64,000 nt of DNA from Myxococcales bacterium (GTDB lineage Bacteria; Myxococcota_A; Polyangia; Polyangiales; Polyangiaceae): NCBI GenBank assembly GCA_043747615.1, contig JAYTOU010000060.1, positions 141,630-205,629 on the forward strand, in the 5' to 3' direction. The position numbers were made by a program, and so were the translations under genes. The notes below the pieces were generated by a model. It was not told the origin of the DNA. It did not search any database and saw only the letters and a program-made list of their open reading frames with translations. Below are positions 44,106 through 54,017 of this stretch, piece after piece (within the stretch, counting starts at the first letter, position 1; each line of letters starts with the position of its first letter).

Positions 44106-45614
44106 TCAGGGGCAGTCGCCCGCGGGCGCGGGACCACCGCAGCCGCCGCTGGTCTTGCACGTGCAAAGGGTGCCGCCTAAGCACACCCGGCAATCGGCCA
44201 CTTTGCAGTCCTTGCCGGCGCGAGCGTCGCAGCAGCTGTTGCACGTCGCTTTTCGCGCCGCGCAAGTCCCGTTGGTGGCGCAGTAGAAGCCAGCCGCGCA
44301 GCCGCTGTCGTTCGTGCAGCTCGTTGGACAGCTCGAGATCGAGCCGTCGCACACGAATGGGGAGCATGTTGTCGGACGGCCGGGCTTCCCTCCTGAGGCA
44401 GTGCCGCACGTACCATTGGTCGTGGCGCCCAGCGACGTGGAGCATGTCTGGCACGCTTGACCGCACGCCGTGTCGCAGCAGAAGCCGTCCACGCAGTTGC
44501 CCGTCACGCACTCGCGGCACGCCCCCGCGACTTTGCATTGCGTCGCGAGGTTGCACACCCCCCCTTGCGCCTTGCGGGTGACGCACGTCCCGGTGTCGTC
44601 GCAGTAGTCGGCGGCCACGCAGCCAGTGTCATCGACGCACGTAGTCGGGCACGTCACTGCGCCACCGCAGACGAAAGGCGCGCACGATCCATGTCCGGCA
44701 GATCCTGCGGGAACGGTGACGCAAGTCCCGTCGGCAGATGATCCCGCGAAGACCGAGCATGCCTGGCATGCGCTCCCGCACGCGGCGTTGCAGCAGAATC
44801 CATCGACGCAGCCACCGGCCGACGAGCACTCGCGGCAGACACCCGGGACGTTGCAGTCCGCCGAGAGGTTGCACGCTCCGGACGCCTTTCGTGGAACGCA
44901 GTGCCCGGTTTGGTCGCAGTAGTCCGTCGTCGCGCACGTGGCGTCAGTCACGCACGTGGTGCCGCACGCGTTGCCGTTGCACAAGTACGGGCCGCACGAG
45001 GTCGTAGGGTCGGTGCACGCTCCCCCCACGCACACGTGATCGGTCCGCGTATCGATCGTGCACGTCGTCGCCCCGCACGAGGTGGAGTTTGGCGCGGTGC
45101 ACGTGCCGTCGCCGGCGCATTTGCCGAGCTCGCAAGTCGCGACGTTCAGGGCGCATGTGTTGTGCGGATCCTGGGTCGCGGGAACGTTCGTGCACGCCCC
45201 CGAAAAGCCCGTAACGTTGCACGCACGGCAACCGTTGCAGTTGGCAGCGGTCTGAGCGCAGCACACGGAGTCGACGCAGTTGCCCGTCGCGCACTGGCCA
45301 TCCACGGTGCATGCGGTCCCCGCCGAGACCTTCGGTGCGCAGCGGAGAGCGTTGCAGTAGCTGGCAGCACCGCAGTCGCGCGCGAGGGCGCACACTTTGC
45401 CGTCCACACACGCGCCGCACGTGCCACCACCGCAGTCGATGTCCGTCTCGCTTCCGTTCTTCACGCCGTCGGCGCACGAGGCGCTCGCAACGTCGACCGA
45501 CGCGTCGTTGGCGGATGCGTCGAGATCGATCACGCCGGCTTGGTCGAGGCTGCAGCCGTCGACCACGGGGACGACGAGGAGGAGCAATCCAAATAAGAAC
45601 GCGAGTCGCCTCAT
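44106..45614 (-). CDS. Exported, very Cys-rich tandem-repeat protein
   Basis: Signal/lipobox VDGC, CADGVKNGSETDIDCGG, and repeats of CVDG.CC..ACG.ACQ.CS...G.C...C.PF.C.G...CPT.C..D..C....YC. Confidence 0.85.
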   Translation of the reverse strand: MRRLAFLFGLLLLVVPVVDGCSLDQAGVIDLDASANDASVDVASASCADGVKNGSETDIDCGGGTCGACVDGKVCALARDCGAASYCNALRCAPKVSAGTACTVDGQCATGNCVDSVCCAQTAANCNGCRACNVTGFSGACTNVPATQDPHNTCALNVATCELGKCAGDGTCTAPNSTSCGATTCTIDTRTDHVCVGGACTDPTTSCGPYLCNGNACGTTCVTDATCATTDYCDQTGHCVPRKASGACNLSADCNVPGVCRECSSAGGCVDGFCCNAACGSACQACSVFAGSSADGTCVTVPAGSAGHGSCAPFVCGGAVTCPTTCVDDTGCVAADYCDDTGTCVTRKAQGGVCNLATQCKVAGACRECVTGNCVDGFCCDTACGQACQTCSTSLGATTNGTCGTASGGKPGRPTTCSPFVCDGSISSCPTSCTNDSGCAAGFYCATNGTCAARKATCNSCCDARAGKDCKVADCRVCLGGTLCTCKTSGGCGGPAPAGDCP

Positions 45615-45681
45615 CTCCTAAGAATAGCCTAAGAAATGGGGGCACGAGGCGACGTTTCAGGGAGGAAACGGAGGCGCGCGA

Positions 45682-45716
45682 CTGTCCACGGACAGCGTTC
45701 CGGACAGGTTGGACAG
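45682..45716. promoter_or_regulatory. Putative enhancer-binding-protein sites (UAS)
   Basis: CTGTCC-AC-GGACAG palindrome plus two further GGACAG half-sites, 70-100 nt upstream of the start predicted from a sigma54 promoter. Confidence 0.5.
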
Positions 45717-45758
45717 CCCACCAGAGCGTTTTTCCTCGGCGTTTTACGCTATGCACGC

Positions 45759-45774
45759 AGGCACGCCCCTCGCT
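45759..45774 (+). promoter_or_regulatory. Sigma54 (-24/-12) promoter
   Basis: AGGCACGCCCCTCGCT = GG-N10-GC. ATG 45786 is 13 nt after the -12 C. Confidence 0.6.
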
Positions 45775-45785
45775 AGGTGCGCGGT

Positions 45786-46643
45786 ATGAATGCCCGACTC
45801 CGAAGCGTCACCCTCCTCGCGCTCGTCTTCCTCGTGCTCTCGGTGGCTCGTTCGGCCCGCGCCTCGCCGACCGAAGATCGCCTCGAAGAGCGCTACCTCG
45901 ACGGTGAAATCGACGCCTACGATTTCGCGCACGGTAGCGAAAAGCGCGGCGAGAGCTGGATCAGCCTCGCGGGCTTCGGCGGCTCTTACCAACGCGGAAC
46001 GCGGCTCGGTGCCATGGCCATCGTAGGAGTCGCCTTCGATCGCGTCGCGGCGCGCCCTCCCGCCCGCCGGCGCGTCACCTCATTGGCGAGCTTCGCGATC
46101 GACGCGGGCGACGGAGTGTCCATCCATCCTCCACGGCGTATCCTGGTCACTCCTGGCGTCGCGCGAAGGGCAGTCGCCGCCGCCTGGCGCACGTCGGGGC
46201 TCGGCTCGGACGACGCGCGCATCGCCGACATGGTCTCCCGCGCCCACTGGAGCAGCCTCCTTCCGGAGACCCGTCTTCGCGTCATGCGGCGCTTCGACGA
46301 CGCCGACACGGCCACTCCGTCACCGACGAGCCGCTACACCGACACGGCTCATTTGTGGCTGGAAGCGCGTATGACATGGCGGATCGATCGCCTTCTTTAT
46401 ACCGAGGACGAGCCGTCCATCGAGCGGATCCGCGACGACCGAAGCGAGGCCCGCGCGCGGATCGCGGCCAGGGTCCTTCTCGTTCTCGGGCAGTGGCAGC
46501 GCGCTTGGGCCGAGGCGAGAGCCGCACCCCCCGAATCCCCCGACGGGTTCGACGCCAGCCTCCGCATGTCGGAAACGGAGTCCGCGCTGGAGGTCCTGAC
46601 CGGTGGCTGGTTCACCGCCTGGAGAGCGAATCTCCATGAGTGA
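45786..46643 (+). CDS. Exported hypothetical protein
   Basis: Signal peptide ending ARA-S and a helical C-terminal half (LLPETRLR, W.IDRLLY, LEVLTGGWF). Confidence 0.75.
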   Translation: MNARLRSVTLLALVFLVLSVARSARASPTEDRLEERYLDGEIDAYDFAHGSEKRGESWISLAGFGGSYQRGTRLGAMAIVGVAFDRVAARPPARRRVTSLASFAIDAGDGVSIHPPRRILVTPGVARRAVAAAWRTSGLGSDDARIADMVSRAHWSSLLPETRLRVMRRFDDADTATPSPTSRYTDTAHLWLEARMTWRIDRLLYTEDEPSIERIRDDRSEARARIAARVLLVLGQWQRAWAEARAAPPESPDGFDASLRMSETESALEVLTGGWFTAWRANLHE

Positions 46644-46677
46644 TCGAGGGAGGTTTCCATGCTAATTCTCCCCTCCC

Positions 46678-47821
46678 ATGCTCAGCGAATCCCGGGACCA
46701 TCTCGTCGACCTCCAAAGGCGCCTCATGGCGCTAAGGGGGCATCTTTGACCTCCCGAGACTGAAGAAGGAAATCGAGCGTCTCGGTGAGCAGACACTCGC
46801 TCCCGGATTTTGGGACGATCAAAAGAAGGCGCAGTCGCTCACTCGAAAGCGCTCTTCCCACGAGCAAACCGTCACCGTTTTCGAAAAGCTCTGGGGCGAC
46901 GTCGACGACGCAAAGGTGCTCCTCGATCTCGGCGCCGCGGAGAACGACGAGTCGGTCATCTCCGAGGTGGAAAACACACTCCCCGGGCTCGAGAAACGCG
47001 TTCGCACCGCGGAGCTCGAGCGCATGTTGGCCGGCCCGGTCGATCACGCGAACGCCATCGTCAGCATTCATCCCGGAGCAGGCGGCACCGACGCCAAGGA
47101 CTGGGCGGCGATGCTCCTTCGCATGTACCTCAGGTGGTGCGAGCGCCGGGGCTACAAAACCGAGATGGTCGACTACCAGGACGGCGAAGAAGCGGGCATC
47201 GACGCTGCGTCCTTCACGGTAGCGGGCGAAGCGGCGTACGGCTATCTACGCTCCGAAGCGGGGGTCCATCGCCTCGTCCGCATGAGCCCGTTCAACGCCG
47301 ACCACACGCGGCAAACTGCCTTCGCCGCCGTCGAGGTCACGCCCGACACGGACGAGGACATCAACGTCGTCATCAACGAGAAGGACATCGAGATCACGAC
47401 GATGCGCGCCGGCGGAAAGGGCGGGCAGAACGTCAACAAGGTCGAGACGGCGGTTCGTCTCCGTCACCTCCCGACCGGGCTGAACATCGTGTGCCGCGCC
47501 GAGCGAAGCCAGCACCAGAACCGAGCGATGGCTATGAAGGTCCTCAAGGCCAAGCTCTACGAGCTGGAGCTCCTTCGACGTGAGCAAGAGACGGCGGTCT
47601 ACAACGCCGGAAAGAGCGCCATCAACTTCGGCAGCCAGATCCGAAATTACGTCCTCGCCCCGTACCGCCTGGTGAAAGACGCGCGCACCGCCTACGAGGA
47701 AGGCAACGTCGACTCCGTGCTCGACGGGGATCTCGACGGCTTCATCGAGGCCTACCTCTTGGCCGCCGCCGGCGGGAATCTCAAAAAAGGCGGCTCTGTC
47801 GAAGACTCCCCCGATGCGTGA
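46678..47821 (+). CDS. prfB: Peptide chain release factor 2 (programmed +1 frameshift)
   Basis: 23-codon [26 protein letters not shown] ends at CTT-TGA-C. The +1 frame continues DLPRLKKE...FWDDQ and contains SPF and GGQ. Confidence 0.97.
46735..46750 (+). other. RF2 +1 frameshift cassette
   Basis: AGGGGG-CAT-CTT-TGA-C: internal SD, slippery CTT and in-frame UGA. Confidence 0.95.
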
Positions 47822-47850
47822 CGTTAGCGACTACACCAACGGCCTTACCG

Positions 47851-49581
47851 ATGACTGACTCGAATTCGCGCACCAGCCACGTTCCCGACACAGATCGCGA
47901 GGTCGCCGGTCACTCGGCCGAGCACGCCATCATGGAAGCTCGCCGTGCCAAGGCAGAGCGGGTCCGCGCACGCGGGGAAAATCCCTTCGCGAACGACGTG
48001 CGGCCCTTGTCGCCCAGTGCGATCACGGTGGATCTCGCCGAGCTCCGCGCGCGCGTCGAAACGGCAAAAACCGAAGGCAAGTACGCCGAAGACGCAGTCA
48101 AGAAGCTCGCTGGCGCACAGATCTTCCACGTGCGCGGCCGGGTCGTCGCCCTCCGTTCGACGGGCGGGCTCTCCTTCCTTCGCCTCCGCGATCGCACCGG
48201 AGAAATGCAGCTCTTGGTCAGCGAGGCCACGCTCGGCGAAAGCTACGGGCGCCTCGAGGACCTCGATGTGGGCGACATCGTCGAGTCCGAAGGGACCCTC
48301 ACCTCCTCGAAGCGGGGCGAGCTCTCCATCGAGCCGTCGCGCATCCGCCTCGTCACCAAGGCCATCCGCCCTCTTCCCGAAAAGTGGCACGGCCTGCAGG
48401 ACGTCGAGACTCGCTACCGACAGCGCTACCTCGATCTCATCGCGAACCCCCCCGTCGCCGACGTCTTTCGCGCGCGCAGCCACATCGTCCGCGCCACCCG
48501 CACGATCCTCGATCACGCTGGATTTCTCGAGGTGGAAACGCCGACCATGCACACGCTGATCGGTGGCGCGGCGGCCAAACCCTTCCTCACACACCACAAC
48601 GCGCTCGACATGGATCTCTTCATGCGCATCGCGCCCGAGCTCTACTTGAAGCGGCTCGTCGTTGGCGGCCTCGAGCGCGTATACGAAATCGGTCGCTGCT
48701 ACCGGAACGAGGGGATCTCGACGCGCCACAACCCCGAGTTCACGATGCTGGAATTTTATCAGGCCTACTCCACCTACGAAGACCTGATGAATTTCACCGA
48801 GGTGATGATCCGAGGGATCGACGCCGATCTCGCGAGGGTGATGCCGCCGGCTCATGCCGCGTGGGCTGCTGCGCGTCCGTTTGCGATCGACGAGCCGTTC
48901 GTTCGGGTGTCGATGGATCGCGCCGTAGCCGATGGTGCGAAGAAGACCGAGATCGCGGCGTGGGCCAAGGCTATCTCGTCGGCGGGCGGAGCTGGTCTGG
49001 TCACGCTTCTGGCCCCGCCAGGCCCTGAGAAGAGCGACTTCGTGGACAGCATGAAGGAGTGGTCCAAGAGCTCGGCGCGGGCGAAGAAGATCGACTGGAG
49101 CAACTTCCGAAAAGGGTTCGCCAAGTGCGACAACGACGGCGAGCGCCTTTTTGCCTGTTACGAGTACCTGGTCGAGCCGTTTCTGACTGAAGACTACCGC
49201 TCCGCCGACGGCACGCGCTCGCTTCCGGTGTTCGTCAAAGATTACCCTTTCGAGACTTCACCGCTCGCCCGCAGGAATGATGCGCACCCTTCGCTCGTCG
49301 ATCGGTTCGAGCTCTTCGTGCACGGTCGCGAGCTCTGCAACGCGTTCAGCGAGCTCAACGACCCCGATGATCAAGCCGCTCGCTTCCGCGCTCAAGTCGA
49401 GAAGAAAGCTCAAGGCGCCGAGGAAACCATGGATTTCGACGCGGACTACATTCGCGCGCTCGAGCACGGCATGCCTCCCGCCGCCGGCTTCGGCATGGGA
49501 ATGGACCGCCTGACCATGATGCTCACCAACGCCCCCTCCATTCGCGACGTGGTCCTCTTCCCGCTCCTCCGGCCCGAGTGA
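47851..49581 (+). CDS. lysS: Lysine--tRNA ligase (class II)
   Basis: PLPEKWHGL, RYRQRYLDL, GGAAAKPF, LRIAPELYLKRL-like, YRNEG and GFGMGMDRL. Alternative GTG start at 47818 overlaps the prfB stop. Confidence 0.97.
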   Translation: MTDSNSRTSHVPDTDREVAGHSAEHAIMEARRAKAERVRARGENPFANDVRPLSPSAITVDLAELRARVETAKTEGKYAEDAVKKLAGAQIFHVRGRVVALRSTGGLSFLRLRDRTGEMQLLVSEATLGESYGRLEDLDVGDIVESEGTLTSSKRGELSIEPSRIRLVTKAIRPLPEKWHGLQDVETRYRQRYLDLIANPPVADVFRARSHIVRATRTILDHAGFLEVETPTMHTLIGGAAAKPFLTHHNALDMDLFMRIAPELYLKRLVVGGLERVYEIGRCYRNEGISTRHNPEFTMLEFYQAYSTYEDLMNFTEVMIRGIDADLARVMPPAHAAWAAARPFAIDEPFVRVSMDRAVADGAKKTEIAAWAKAISSAGGAGLVTLLAPPGPEKSDFVDSMKEWSKSSARAKKIDWSNFRKGFAKCDNDGERLFACYEYLVEPFLTEDYRSADGTRSLPVFVKDYPFETSPLARRNDAHPSLVDRFELFVHGRELCNAFSELNDPDDQAARFRAQVEKKAQGAEETMDFDADYIRALEHGMPPAAGFGMGMDRLTMMLTNAPSIRDVVLFPLLRPE

Positions 49582-49585
49582 CGAA

Positions 49586-51253
49586 GTGAGTCCCATTTCG
49601 TTAGCGCTCGGCGTGTTTGCCATCGCCGTCGGGGTCGCGATCCTGCTCTACCGGAGTCGCGTCGAGGCCGGGAAGAAGCACAAAGCCCGCGCGGTCCTGC
49701 AGGTGTTCGGCGCCCTCTTCGGAATCAGCTTCGGCGTCTTCACCTACTGGACGCTGCGCCTTCCCGTCCTTCGAGGTTCGGCCTGGTCGCTCAAAGACAC
49801 CGTCGTCCGCGGCGTCGCCATCGGGAGCGGCGTGCTCTTCATTCTCATGCTCCTCACGGCCCTTCTTCCGTGGCTGCTCGATCGGCTGGAAGGGCGCTCG
49901 TTCGTATCGTTCGTCAGCGCGCGCCACGTACGCTCGCAAAAGAGCGGTTTTCTCACGGTGATCAGCGTTCTGTCGATCTGCGGAGTGGCCCTCAGCTCGT
50001 GCGCGCTCTCGAGTGTCGTGAGCGTGATGGGCGGCTTCAGCCAAGACTTGAAGCGCAAGATCCTCGGCAACAACGCTCACATCGTGATCGACACCGTCAG
50101 CCAGTCGCCCTGGGAAGGCGTGAACGACGTGCTCCTCAAGGTGCGCGCCGTTCCCGGTGTGGTCGCCGCGACGCCCGTTGCTCAAGGCGAAGTGATGATC
50201 TCGAGCCCGTCGAACCTCGCCGGCGTGATCGTGCGCGGCATCGATCCCGAGACCATCGGCGGCGTGATCGAGCTTCCGAACACCATCGAGGTCGGCAAGT
50301 TCGAATACCTCGAGCACCCCGAAAAACTGAAAAAGCTCCCGCCGGACGAAGTGATCGGCCTCGGACCGGGCGGCGAGCAGTACCTCAAAGGCAGCGAGCT
50401 TCCCGGACTGCCGGACGATCTCGATCCCCTGGTGCGCGAGTCGATCGAGATGAAGCCGCTGCGGTCGGGGCTCATCATCGGGCGCGAGCTCGCGAAGACG
50501 CTACATGTCTACATCGGCGACGAGGTGACGCTGGTCTCGCCGCTCGGCGATCTCGGGCCGATGGGGGTGATGCCGCGTACGAAGAAGTTTCGGATCGCCG
50601 CCATCTTCTTCAGCGGGATGTACGAGTACGACGCGAGCCACGTCTACGCGACCCTCGAGGTCGCTCAGGATTATTTTGCGCTTGGTAGCAAGGTGAACGT
50701 CATCGACGTGAAGGTCGAAGAGGCGGAGCGCGCCGAGCTGTGGACGCCCATCGTCGCCAACGCGGTCGACAGGCCGGATTTGCGGGTCCGCGACTGGCGG
50801 GAGATGAACAAGAACCTCTTCAGCGCACTCAAGCTAGAGCGCTTCGCCACGTTCATCATCCTCTCCATTGCCATCATGGTGGCGAGCTTCTGCATCATCT
50901 GCACGCTGCTCCTCATGGTGACCGAGAAGGGGAAAGAGATCGCCATCCTCAAGGCGCTCGGCGCGAGCGATGGCGCGATCCTCCGCACCTTCATGACCGA
51001 AGGAATCATCATCGGAGGAATTGGCACCGTCTTCGGAGTGGCCACCGGACTTGCGGTGTGCACCGGCCTCAAGTGGTTCGGCCTCCGCCTCGATCCGGAC
51101 GTCTATTACATCGACCGGCTCCCCATCAACGTCGACGCCCTCGATTTTCTGACGGTGGCCGTCGCTGCTTTCACCATCTGCACGCTCGCTACGATCTACC
51201 CGGCGCACGCGGCCTCGAAGCTCCGCCCGGTGGACGGCCTGCGCTACGAGTAG
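49586..51253 (+). CDS. lolE: Lipoprotein-releasing ABC transporter permease LolC/E with N-terminal TM extension
   Basis: [50 protein letters not shown] and PVDGLRYE. Confidence 0.9.
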   Translation: MSPISLALGVFAIAVGVAILLYRSRVEAGKKHKARAVLQVFGALFGISFGVFTYWTLRLPVLRGSAWSLKDTVVRGVAIGSGVLFILMLLTALLPWLLDRLEGRSFVSFVSARHVRSQKSGFLTVISVLSICGVALSSCALSSVVSVMGGFSQDLKRKILGNNAHIVIDTVSQSPWEGVNDVLLKVRAVPGVVAATPVAQGEVMISSPSNLAGVIVRGIDPETIGGVIELPNTIEVGKFEYLEHPEKLKKLPPDEVIGLGPGGEQYLKGSELPGLPDDLDPLVRESIEMKPLRSGLIIGRELAKTLHVYIGDEVTLVSPLGDLGPMGVMPRTKKFRIAAIFFSGMYEYDASHVYATLEVAQDYFALGSKVNVIDVKVEEAERAELWTPIVANAVDRPDLRVRDWREMNKNLFSALKLERFATFIILSIAIMVASFCIICTLLLMVTEKGKEIAILKALGASDGAILRTFMTEGIIIGGIGTVFGVATGLAVCTGLKWFGLRLDPDVYYIDRLPINVDALDFLTVAVAAFTICTLATIYPAHAASKLRPVDGLRYE

Positions 51254-51266
51254 TAGGGATCCCACC

Positions 51267-52028
51267 GTGGCAAACGCCCTCGTCGTCGCCGACAACGTCA
51301 AAAAATCCTTCCAGCACATGGGGCGGACGCTCGAGGTCTTGCGCGGCATCGACATCTCCATCTTCGAAGGAGAGATCGTCGCCATCGTCGGTCAATCGGG
51401 AGCGGGAAAATCCACGTTTTTGCACTGCATCGGCACGCTCGACGTGGTGACCAGCGGGTCACTCAAGCTCGGCGGCGAAGAGCTCACGTCTCTGTCCAGC
51501 TCGCGGCTCGCGGAGGTGCGAAACCGCACGATCGGCTTCGTCTTCCAGTTCCACCACCTCCTTCCCGAATTCAACGCGCTCGAGAACGTGGTGATGCCCG
51601 GCCTCATTCAAGGTCGCTCCAAGAAGGAAATGGAGCCGCGGGCCATGGCGCTCCTCGAAGAGGTGGGGCTCAAGGATCGCTCGCTCCACCGGCCGGGCGA
51701 GCTCTCGGGCGGCGAGCAGCAACGCGTCGCTCTCGCGCGGGCCCTCGTGCTCGAACCGAAGCTCCTTCTCGCCGACGAACCGACCGGGAACCTCGACTCA
51801 GCAACCAGCGCGCAGATTCACGATCTCTTCTTCTCGATCAACAAGCTGCGCGGCACGACCATCGTCGTCGTGACCCACAACCTCGCGCTCGCGGCGAGCA
51901 TGCCTCGCGTCGTCACCCTGAAAGACGGCAAGGTCGAGAAGGACGATCGCAAAGTCATCGCCGGCCACACCAGCGCGGGGATCGACCAAAGCGCGGCAGA
52001 CGAAAAAAAGACCGCCGCGCTGTCCTGA
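51267..52028 (+). CDS. lolD: Lipoprotein-releasing ABC transporter ATPase
   Basis: [30 protein letters not shown] and DEPTGNLD. Confidence 0.93.
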   Translation: MANALVVADNVKKSFQHMGRTLEVLRGIDISIFEGEIVAIVGQSGAGKSTFLHCIGTLDVVTSGSLKLGGEELTSLSSSRLAEVRNRTIGFVFQFHHLLPEFNALENVVMPGLIQGRSKKEMEPRAMALLEEVGLKDRSLHRPGELSGGEQQRVALARALVLEPKLLLADEPTGNLDSATSAQIHDLFFSINKLRGTTIVVVTHNLALAASMPRVVTLKDGKVEKDDRKVIAGHTSAGIDQSAADEKKTAALS

Positions 52029-52040
52029 ATCTCAGAGACG

Positions 52041-52601
52041 TTAGAGGCGAGCGATGAACGCTTTCGAAAGCACGACCGCACCCTCTTGGAGCTTGGGGAA
52101 GTCGATCGAGACGGCATCCTTCTCGAGGGTCGTGTTGGGGCCGGTCTGCCTCTTCTCCAAGACCACGGTCTTCGACGTCGCGCTGTCCGCCTTCATCAAG
52201 GGCGGCGACATGACGCTGAGACGGTAGATGTCCCCCTTCGCGTGGACGACGAGGATCGGCATCATCCCTCCGAGCCACATGGCGGAGTCGCCCACGCCGG
52301 CGACCGGAGTACCTTTCCCGAGGGTGGCGTTGAGCACGGCTTCTGCCCCCGCGGAAGACTTCATCAGAGTGACCATTCCGGGCTCCGAGGGGCTGCCGAG
52401 GTTCCACTCGCAGTTATCTTCTTCGCCCTTGTGCGACACTATCTTGAGGCCCATCGCGGACTCGATCTCCGCGTCGGTGAGGAGGCTGCAGACGCCTGCC
52501 GACGATCCCGTTGCCTTGTGAAGGAGTTTCTTACAGCCACCAAGCCCGATCACCGCCGCCGCAAAAATCCCAATGGTCAGCCCAGTCGTGCGTCGATTCA
52601 T
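52041..52601 (-). CDS. Hypothetical lipoprotein
   Basis: LGGC lipobox, CSLLTDAEI..AMG and VAGVGDSA motif. Confidence 0.75.
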   Translation of the reverse strand: MNRRTTGLTIGIFAAAVIGLGGCKKLLHKATGSSAGVCSLLTDAEIESAMGLKIVSHKGEEDNCEWNLGSPSEPGMVTLMKSSAGAEAVLNATLGKGTPVAGVGDSAMWLGGMMPILVVHAKGDIYRLSVMSPPLMKADSATSKTVVLEKRQTGPNTTLEKDAVSIDFPKLQEGAVVLSKAFIARL

Positions 52602-52656
52602 GAGCCTTCTTACCAGTGACCGCCGCGCACACCAAGTGACGCGCTATCCTGGCAGT

Positions 52657-52947
52657 ATGGCCGACATCGACGTGCCCGCACTGCTAAGGACAGGCGACGC
52701 GCTCGCCAGGGAAGGTGACATCCCCGGCGCGAACGATTGCTATGTGCGTGCGGCCGAAGCGTTCGCTGAAAGGGGCTTTCCCCTAAAGGCAGCAGCCATC
52801 TACAAGCAGGTCCTAACGCTCGATCCTGCGCGCATCGATATTCGCGCCAAGCTAGCCGCCGCGTATACCGCGCTCGGCTTGGCCTCGGATGCGGCAGCCG
52901 AGCTCGAAAAGCTGGCGTCCGATATTTCATCGAAGAAAAAAGGTTAG
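52657..52947 (+). CDS. Small TPR-repeat protein
   Basis: AEAFAERGFPLKAAAIYKQVLTLDP..KLAAAY..LGL.SDA. TATCCT box 6 nt before ATG 52657. Confidence 0.78.
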   Translation: MADIDVPALLRTGDALAREGDIPGANDCYVRAAEAFAERGFPLKAAAIYKQVLTLDPARIDIRAKLAAAYTALGLASDAAAELEKLASDISSKKKG

Positions 52948-52968
52948 TCGGCGACAGCGCGCCGCGAA

Positions 52969-53062
52969 TTTTCGCCGTGGCGACGGGCACCGCGCGGAAG
53001 CGTACGACCGTACGCTGAGCACGGACCGAAGTGGACCGCCTGACGGCTCGCCACGGCGAAAA
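52969..53062. repeat. REP/MITE-like inverted-repeat element
   Basis: Perfect 15-bp IR TTTTCGCCGTGGCGA / TCGCCACGGCGAAAA enclosing the palindrome AGCGTACG-AC-CGTACGCT (52999-53016). Lies between convergent genes. Confidence 0.75.
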
Positions 53063-53084
53063 GGCGCAAGCGATGGCGACGACG

Positions 53085-54017
53085 TCACCAGCGGACGATC
53101 ACGCTACTCGGAGTGATGTGCGCTTCGCATTTGTCGACCGAGACTTCGACCGGAAGAGACTCGCTCCCCGACGCGGCCGTTGATTTCACGGTCACCCGCG
53201 GCACCACTTGCTCCGAGCGAAGAGCGCGCAAGATTTCTGGAGGACAGAGCAGACGCACGTCCACCTCTATGGGCTGGGTTTTGGCCTTGGTCGGCCCCAC
53301 GACGGCGACCGCCATCTTCACGAACGGACGCTCCACCACCTCGCGCGTGATCTCCGTGGTGATGAGCACGCTTTGCGTCGAAGGATCGGGCGAGAGGCGA
53401 CCGACCGGCTTGTCGATGGCGAGATGCCGCGAAAAGCTGCCTTCCGTGAGCCCAGTCACGTCGAACGAATCCGCGCGCACGTGCTGCAGCACGAGCACCT
53501 CGCTCTTGGGACCACGAACGCGCACGCTCGGCGGCTCGGCTACAGGCACGCCTTTGACGACGAAGCCGGGCGCCGGCGTCCCCACGACGCTCACCTGAAT
53601 GGGAACGTCGCGCACCACCTGATCTTCCCAGATGAGATCGATCGACGGAGGATCGATCTGCACGACGTGAACGCTGGGCGGCACGTGCACGAGCGCGGGA
53701 TCGAGCGTCACCCTCTTGTCCGCACCGGTGTGGATGTCCACCTGGAGATTTCCGATGTCGTCGGCGCGGAGCTCGTCGAGCGCCGTGCGTGAGCCTCGGA
53801 GGGTGAGACGCACCTGCGGCGGAATGGAGCTCACGAGCACGCGATTGGCGTTCTCCGGCGGCATCAGCACGACCATGTCGACGAGCATCGCGCGCTGCGC
53901 ATCCTGCGAGCCGTGAAAGAGCGAGTAGAGGACGAGCGCGCACGCAAAAGAGACGAACTTCAGCCCTAAATTTTCGGTAAATGCTGCGCGGACGCGCTCT
54001 CCGACGTCGATCGCCAT
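53085..54017 (-). CDS. cdaR: CdaR/YbbR-like diadenylate cyclase regulator
   Basis: N-terminal TM (NLGLKFVSFACALVLY) and YbbR beta-repeats (VRLTLRG, G.PAPGF, P.SVRVRGP). Directly downstream of cdaA. Confidence 0.88.
   Translation of the reverse strand: MAIDVGERVRAAFTENLGLKFVSFACALVLYSLFHGSQDAQRAMLVDMVVLMPPENANRVLVSSIPPQVRLTLRGSRTALDELRADDIGNLQVDIHTGADKRVTLDPALVHVPPSVHVVQIDPPSIDLIWEDQVVRDVPIQVSVVGTPAPGFVVKGVPVAEPPSVRVRGPKSEVLVLQHVRADSFDVTGLTEGSFSRHLAIDKPVGRLSPDPSTQSVLITTEITREVVERPFVKMAVAVVGPTKAKTQPIEVDVRLLCPPEILRALRSEQVVPRVTVKSTAASGSESLPVEVSVDKCEAHITPSSVIVRW

Noticed and set aside
44106..45614. Repetitive GCA/GCAG-rich DNA as a possible CRISPR or repeat array
   Set aside because: Explained by Cys codons and protein-level repeats. 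There are no identical direct repeats with spacers.
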